64,000 nucleotides of DNA from Utricularia gibba (Eukaryota; Plantae; Magnoliophyta): contig NEEC01000004.1 of the NCBI GenBank assembly GCA_002189035.1, positions 5,456,001-5,520,000 on the forward strand, in the 5' to 3' direction. The stretch's first letter is position 1. Each line of letters begins with the position of its first letter. Under the pieces are notes generated by a model that was not told where the DNA came from, searched no databases, and saw only the letters and a list, made by a program, of their open reading frames with translations. This document shows positions 57,861 through 64,000 of the stretch, piece by piece. A program made the translations under genes and the position numbers.

Positions 57861-60678
57861 ATGGAGAGAGACATCGATTACCTGCCGAAGACAGCGGCGA
57901 ACTGCACGGCCTTGACGCCGCTCCACTTCTTGGGCAGGGCGGCGCTCATCCACCCCAATCGGAGCTCTCTAATCCATGGCTCTTTGACTTACACTTGGTC
58001 CCAAACCTATCGGAGATGTCGCCAGCTTGCCTCTGCCTTCTCCAAACGCGGGATCACCTTCGGCGCCACGGTCAGGGCTCTCATATTTCTGATTCTTGAA
58101 TCATATTCTGGTAGTATGCTTCCTAGATTTTGGGTTAGCCAGCGAATTATTTTTTAGCAGTCTCGTGTTAGAAAACATATTGACTCAGTAGTGACTGCCT
58201 GTCTTCCTTTCGCTTCGGTCCATTGATTCTGAGTTTCAACATAATATTCTCTCTTTGGTTGCTTTCCTTCTTTTGTTAACATTATAACTCTAACCTTGTA
58301 TCGAAAATGGCCCATCTTGGATGGGAGTTATCAAATTGGTTTAACCTGGTTCAAAAAAAAAAAAAAGTAGAAAAAGGTCATCTAACGTTACAAAGCTCCA
58401 TGTTAATCGAAAACGGATGTCCTTCTATGGGTCGACCTGAGGAAACTTTTTTTTCTTCGGGTTGCTTCAAGATTTCAGCTTTTGCGAGTCTCAACTCTGC
58501 TCTATTCTGTTACCACAATGAATGGAGGTGATCAGTTTAGTTAATCAGGTGGCTGAAATGAAGTGGAGCGTCATTGGGTGTTCCAATGTCCAATATGATA
58601 AACTTGCTTGACATGGTATGCGCTTTGGGTCGGAATCCTATGAGCGGAAATTTCTTGCACTTCTGTCTTGCGGTTTTTCATTCAGGGATTGAAGCTTCTG
58701 CTATTCTTTTTTAACAAAATTTTGCTGAATGCTTAAGGATTTCGGATGAACCATCATAATTCTAACTTTGTGGCTACATCTTACAAGAGTGTGCAGTTGT
58801 TCTGGCAGTAGAGTAGGCTTAAGCTTGTAGTTTTACTGAAGATGTTCAAAAATATTTCTTTGTTGTTCAACTTATGCCTTTTTCTTTGTTCGGAAAGTAA
58901 GTAAATTAGTAGTAGTAAGGGGAATATTGAAGCTGCCTTTGTGTGTTATTGTGGAGATGCTGCTATGAACTCCCAGTACGACGATCTCTCTTTGAATTGG
59001 CTGGAATGGACAAAGGTGTGACAGGATAAGATCAGGACTCACATTTCTGTTTGCTGTAAGTGCAGGTAGCTGTGGTCGCACCAAACGTCCCTGCCATGTA
59101 CGAAGCACACTTCGCCGTTCCAATGTCCGGTGCCGTGATAAATGCTCTGAACATTCGTCTCAATGCACCGACTATTGCCTTTCTGTTGGGCCACTCACGC
59201 GCGGCTGCGGTCATGGTAGACCAGGAGTTTTATTCACTGGCGGAGGAGGCTGTGAAGATATGGGCAGATCATGCCAGTGGCGTGGAATTCAAAATGCCGA
59301 TTTTGATAGTAATCAGGGATGAAAACTGTGACGCGAAGCCGTTTCATCATGCCCTCTCCAACGGAGCAGTTGACTATGAGAAGTTTGTGGAAACTGGTGA
59401 CCCTGCGTTTGAATGGAAGCCACCGCAGGATGAGTGGCAGAGCATCGCTTTATGTTACACTTCGGGCACAACCGCTGCGCCTAAAGGAGTGGTTTCACAC
59501 CACCGGGGGGCGTATCTGATGGCTTTAAGTAACGCCATTGGATGGCAAATAAAGGAAGGGGACGTTTACCTGTGGACATTGCCGATGTTCCACGGTAATG
59601 GATGGTGCTTCATTTGGACTCTTGCTGCTCTTTGTGGGACGAACGTCTGTCTCAGACAGGCAAGAGCTACGACTGATTCTACCCTTTTTTTTAGTTTTTT
59701 TTCTTGTTCGGGCTTTAAGTTGTGAGCAGGTTTTTCTTTCACTCATTTTGTGTAGGTTACTGCAAGAGGCGTGTACTCAGCCATAGCTAAACTTGGCGTC
59801 ACTCATTTTTGCGCTGCCCCAGTGGTGCTCAACTCAATCGTGAACGCTTCAAAGGAGGACAGGATCCTCCCCTTCCTCGTCTCGTTCATGTGATGACCGG
59901 CGGTGCAGCACCACCGTCTTCAGTTCTATTGGCAATGTCGCAGCAAGGCTTTCTTGTCACTCACGCTTACGGCCTCTCGGAGACCTTCGCCCCCTCCACG
60001 ATGTGCGTTTGGAAGCCCGAGTGGGACTCACTTCCACCGGAGCAACAGGCCTTGATGAATGCTCGCCAAGGTGTCCGGTGCGTCGCAATGGAGGGCGTGG
60101 ATGTTGTTCACAGTCGAAACATGGAAACAGTGCCGGCCGATGGGAAAACAGTAGGAGAAGTCGTGTTCCGAGGCAATGTTGTGATGAAGGGCTACCTCAG
60201 GAACCCGAAAGCGAATGAAGAAGCTTTCGCCGGAGGGTGGTTCCACTCCGGTGATCTCGCTGTGAAGCATCCAGATGGATACATCGAGATCAAGGACAGG
60301 GCAAAAGACATCATAATTTCTGGAGGCGAGAACATCAGCAGTGTGGAACTTGAGAACACTCTGTATAATCATCCCGCCATTCTAGAAGTCTCTGTAGTTT
60401 CCCGGCCTGACGAGCAGTGGGGCGAGTCACCATGTGCATTCATAACCCTGAAACCAGACACAGACGCTTCCAATCCGCAGCGCTTGGTGGAAGATATAAT
60501 GAGGTTCAGCCGCACAAACATGCCAGCATATTGGATTCCCAAATCGATCGTCTTCGGACCACTGCCTAAAACAGCCACAGGGAAGATACAGAAGAATGTG
60601 TTGAGGAGCAGGGCGCAGCAAATGGGGCCACTGGCAAAGAGCCGCCTCCAGGGAACGACAAGCAACACACACACCTGA
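57861..60678 (+). CDS. AAE7: AAE7/ACN1-like acetate/butyrate-CoA ligase, 3 exons; apparent frameshift at ~59870; SRL followed by a 9-aa extension
   Basis: MERDIDYLPKTAANCTALTPLHFL, YTSGTTAAPKGV, YGLSE, GWFHSGDLAV, KDIIISGGENISS, LPKTATGKIQK, MGPLAKSRL. Confidence 0.9.
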
Positions 60679-61429
60679 GCGCATCGGATTGAAGGAGACC
60701 CAGAAACTGCCAACTCGGAGAAACAAACAAACCAACACCGGATTAGACGCTCTGCAGATCAGAACGTATGCATCATCATCATCTATCTACTCGTCCATCT
60801 TCATCATCTTCTGGGTTGTGTGTACGCATTCATTCCATCCAAAACTCCAGTCATGGGCTCATCCTGTCAATTACCTCACAGATCGAAAGGCATTGAAAGA
60901 CAGTGATAGACGTTATCGGTGACGTGGTCCTGTAAGGAGCACACCCTTTATCCACCAAATCAGATTTCATCGTAATCCCTTCCGGAGTTGCTTTGGGTCT
61001 TTACCCTTCTCCGTGAAGTTGGTGTAACCGACAATTGCTGGCTGAAAAAGCACGGCCGAGGTCGACGACGCTTTTATTACAACGGTAATGCGGGCCGCGA
61101 CACCCCGTCATCATTTTGGCATTATTGCTCATTGCAACACGACAGTTTCCAGAAATATTATTTATGATTTCCAGAATTATTATTCTTAAATTTCACCATT
61201 ATCTGTCTAGACCCGACAGTAGATTGTCCGTTTACCTGCCTGCCATTCGATAATTAATTACAATATGCAACAAATATTACGAAAATTCCCACAAAAAGAT
61301 TAAAAGGGCATGGCTAATCCAGTCCTCTACGCTTCATGCTCATCGTTATCTCCTCCTATATATGCGCACACTCGGGAGCCGCGTCTCTCACTCCTGGAAA
61401 GAGGGAGAGACGAAGCGCATTCTATTTCC

Positions 61430-64000
61430 ATGGCAGGGATCACGAACTTTCTCTTCCTCTTCTACTTCTTCTTCTCCGTGCTCGGATCGGCGCCGCCGTT
61501 TGCCTGTGATCCCCGGAATGGGGCCACGAGGGAGTTCAGATTCTGCAGCCGAGCGTTGAGCGTGAAGGAGAGAGTCCAGGATCTGGTGTCCAGATTGACT
61601 CTCCAGGAGAAAATCAGGCTGATTGTGAACAATGCCATTCCGGTGGACCGTCTCGGAATCCGGGGATACGAGTGGTGGTCGGAGGCCCTCCACGGCGTTT
61701 CCAACACCGGTCCCGGAGTGAGATTTGGCGGTAGTTTCCCTGGCGCCACCAGTTTCCCCCAAGTCATCACCACCGCAGCTTCTTACAACGAGTCCTTGTG
61801 GACGGCTATTGGCCAGGTAAGCCACTACCCTCCGTCACTGATCCAGTACACTGTCATTAGCACGCACAGCAATCATTTCTTAAGAAGCTTTGGATCCGAC
61901 GTTCAAATCCATTCCAAATCCTCAGATTTGCATGATGATTTCCAGTTACAATTGGTTTAGTGTTTGCACATGGCACATGGACTGGTCATAAATGATGATG
62001 AAAGTTACAGTCCAAAAATCGAACCACTACCTTCAAATCGGGATGCTCTCTCTTTCAATCCGTGTCTCTTATTTAGGAGTCCTCTCTGCACTTCCGACCC
62101 TACCCATCCCTACCACTAAACGCAACTTACAAAGATGCTAACACGCAGGTGGTGTCCACGGAAGCAAGGGCGATGCACAACGGTGGTGTGGCCGGGTTGA
62201 CGTATTGGAGTCCAAACGTGAACATTTTCCGTGACCCGAGGTGGGGCCGTGGTCAAGAAACCCCCGGCGAGGACCCTATTCTGGCAGGCCGCTACGCCGC
62301 CAGCTACGTCAGGGGCCTGCAAGGGGGCGCTGGTGACCACCTCAAAGTCGCGGCCTGCTGTAAGCACTACACTGCTTATGACCTCGATTCGTGGAAGGGC
62401 AACGATAGGTTCCATTTCAATGCCAAGGTAACAACAACCCATCATTCTGAATGCATATCCAGTGTTGATTCGAAAGCTAAGCATGCTGCTTGATGCGGGG
62501 ATTTAGGTGAGCAAACAGGATTTGGAGGAAATTTTCAACGTCCCGTTCAAAGCGTGCGTTGTCGAAGGGAAGGTGGCGAGTGTGATGTGCTCTTACAATC
62601 AAGTTAACGGCAAGCCCACCTGTGCGGATCCGTCCCTCCTCCGTGACACCATCCGAGGGGAGTGGCGGTTAGATGGGTAAGAACGAACCAGGAATTTTGT
62701 TTTCTCTTCTGGAAAGTGTTACCGAAAAAAATGTAGGTACATCGTCTCGGACTGCGATTCTGTCGGAGTTTTGTTCGAGGACCAGCACTTCACTCGCACA
62801 CCGGAGGACGCGGCGGCGGCGGCGATCAGAGCTGGTTTGGATTTGGATTGTGGGCCTTTTCTCGCGATTCACACGGAGGCAGCCGTGAGGATGGGGAAAT
62901 TGAGGGAGGCCGATATTGATCAGGCCTTGGCTAATCTGCTGACGGTCCAGATGCGTTTGGGTATGTATGATGGGCCTCAAGGACCCTTCTCGAATCTGGG
63001 CCAACAAGACGTGTGTACTTCGGCCCATCAGCAGTTGACCCGAGAAGCAGCCCAACAAGGAATCGTTCTCCTAAAGAACCATAATCGGGCTCTTCCGCTT
63101 TCTACCAAATGGGCCATCGCCGTCGTCGGTCCCCATGCCGAAGCGACGGACGCGATGATCGGAAACTATGCTGGTACCAAATGAGTTTTAAAAAGCATAT
63201 AGTTTTGTCCATGTTGCTTGCTCGTTCCTGATTTCTTTGTTTTTAGGGGTTCCATGCCGCTATACGACGCCATTGGAGGGAATTTCGAAATACGCGAAGA
63301 CGATTCACTCACTGGGGTGCACTACCGTAAGCTGCTCGACGCCTCGGGCGATTCCCCGGGCGTGTGAGGCGGCACGTGAAGCGGACGCGACGGTTCTGTT
63401 AGTGGGTCTCAGCCAGGAATTCGAACGCGAAGCTCTAGACAGAACTGGGCTTTTTCTTCCGGGGCATCAGCAGGAGCTCGTATCACGCGTCGCCAGAGTC
63501 TCGAAAGGACCCGTCGTGCTGGTTATACTCTCTGGCGGCCCAATTGACATATCATTCGCGAAGAATGATCCGAAAATTGCAGCAATTTTGTGGGCAGGGT
63601 ACCCTGGAGAAGCCGGCGGATTGGCAATTGCTGATGTTTTGTTTGGGACCGTAAATCCTGGTGGTAAATTGCCGATGACTTGGTACCCTGAGGATTATGT
63701 AAACAGGGTGGAGATGACGGATATGGCGATGCGTGCGGACAATTCAAGAGGATTTCCCGGTAGAACTTACAGATTCTACAAAGGCCCCGTAGTGTACCCA
63801 TTTGGGTTCGGGCTCAGCTACACGAATTTCAGAGAAACTATAGCTTTGGCCCCCAGGAAAATGACGGTTCCTGTAACTCCCCACAATTTCACATCTTTCG
63901 AAGCCATTGCCATCTCCAACGCATACTGTGATTCCGCGAAGATGCCCCTGGATATCGAGGTGGAGAATGTGGGCGATAAAGATGGATCACACACGGTGAT
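61430..64000 (+). CDS. Beta-D-xylosidase, GH3 (BXL1/BXL2-like), 3' end outside window
   Basis: [74 protein letters not shown]. Confidence 0.94.

Noticed and set aside
126-64000. Possible cell-wall-degradation or digestive gene cluster (xylanase, PME, SCPL, BXL, defensins)
   Set aside because: The genes are dispersed among unrelated housekeeping and regulatory genes and appear to belong to an ancient syntenic block; the sequence gives no evidence of a co-regulated cluster.

Overview
Gene-dense eudicot nuclear DNA with no prokaryotic features, tRNA, rRNA or CRISPR that I could find. It holds about 22 protein-coding loci, mostly with short introns and small intergenic gaps, which suggests a compact genome; the species cannot be determined from the sequence. 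In order: CBM22x3-GH10 xylanase, RLCK-VII kinase, PIN-LIKES transporter, CCT-motif protein, ANAC044/085-type NAC, SWP73/BAF60, ZNF511-like zinc finger, P-class PPR, At2g33490-like protein, MUSTANG domesticated Mutator transposase, a long-form TAS3 trans-acting siRNA locus (missed by the ORF track), a 66-aa membrane microprotein, group IIc WRKY, PME67-like pectinesterase, HCF107, S1-bZIP with its SIRT uORF, JJJ1-like J-protein, SCPL50-like carboxypeptidase, PP4R3/PSY2-like, two defensin-like genes, AAE7-like acyl-CoA ligase and a BXL1/2 beta-xylosidase cut by the window edge. About ten apparent single-base losses, mostly in short homopolymers, frameshift six genes and are most likely assembly errors. 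The most interesting observations are: (1) a 3-nt insertion in the seed-pairing part of the normally cleavable 3' miR390 site of TAS3; (2) three snRNA-promoter USE-like motifs spaced exactly 53 bp apart with no recognisable snRNA downstream; (3) an AAE7 whose peroxisomal SRL signal is masked by a CAG where homologues stop; (4) a defensin-like pair with Pro-rich tails, one broken by a 4-bp duplication. I found no clearly new multi-gene system; these are candidate novelties that need checking.
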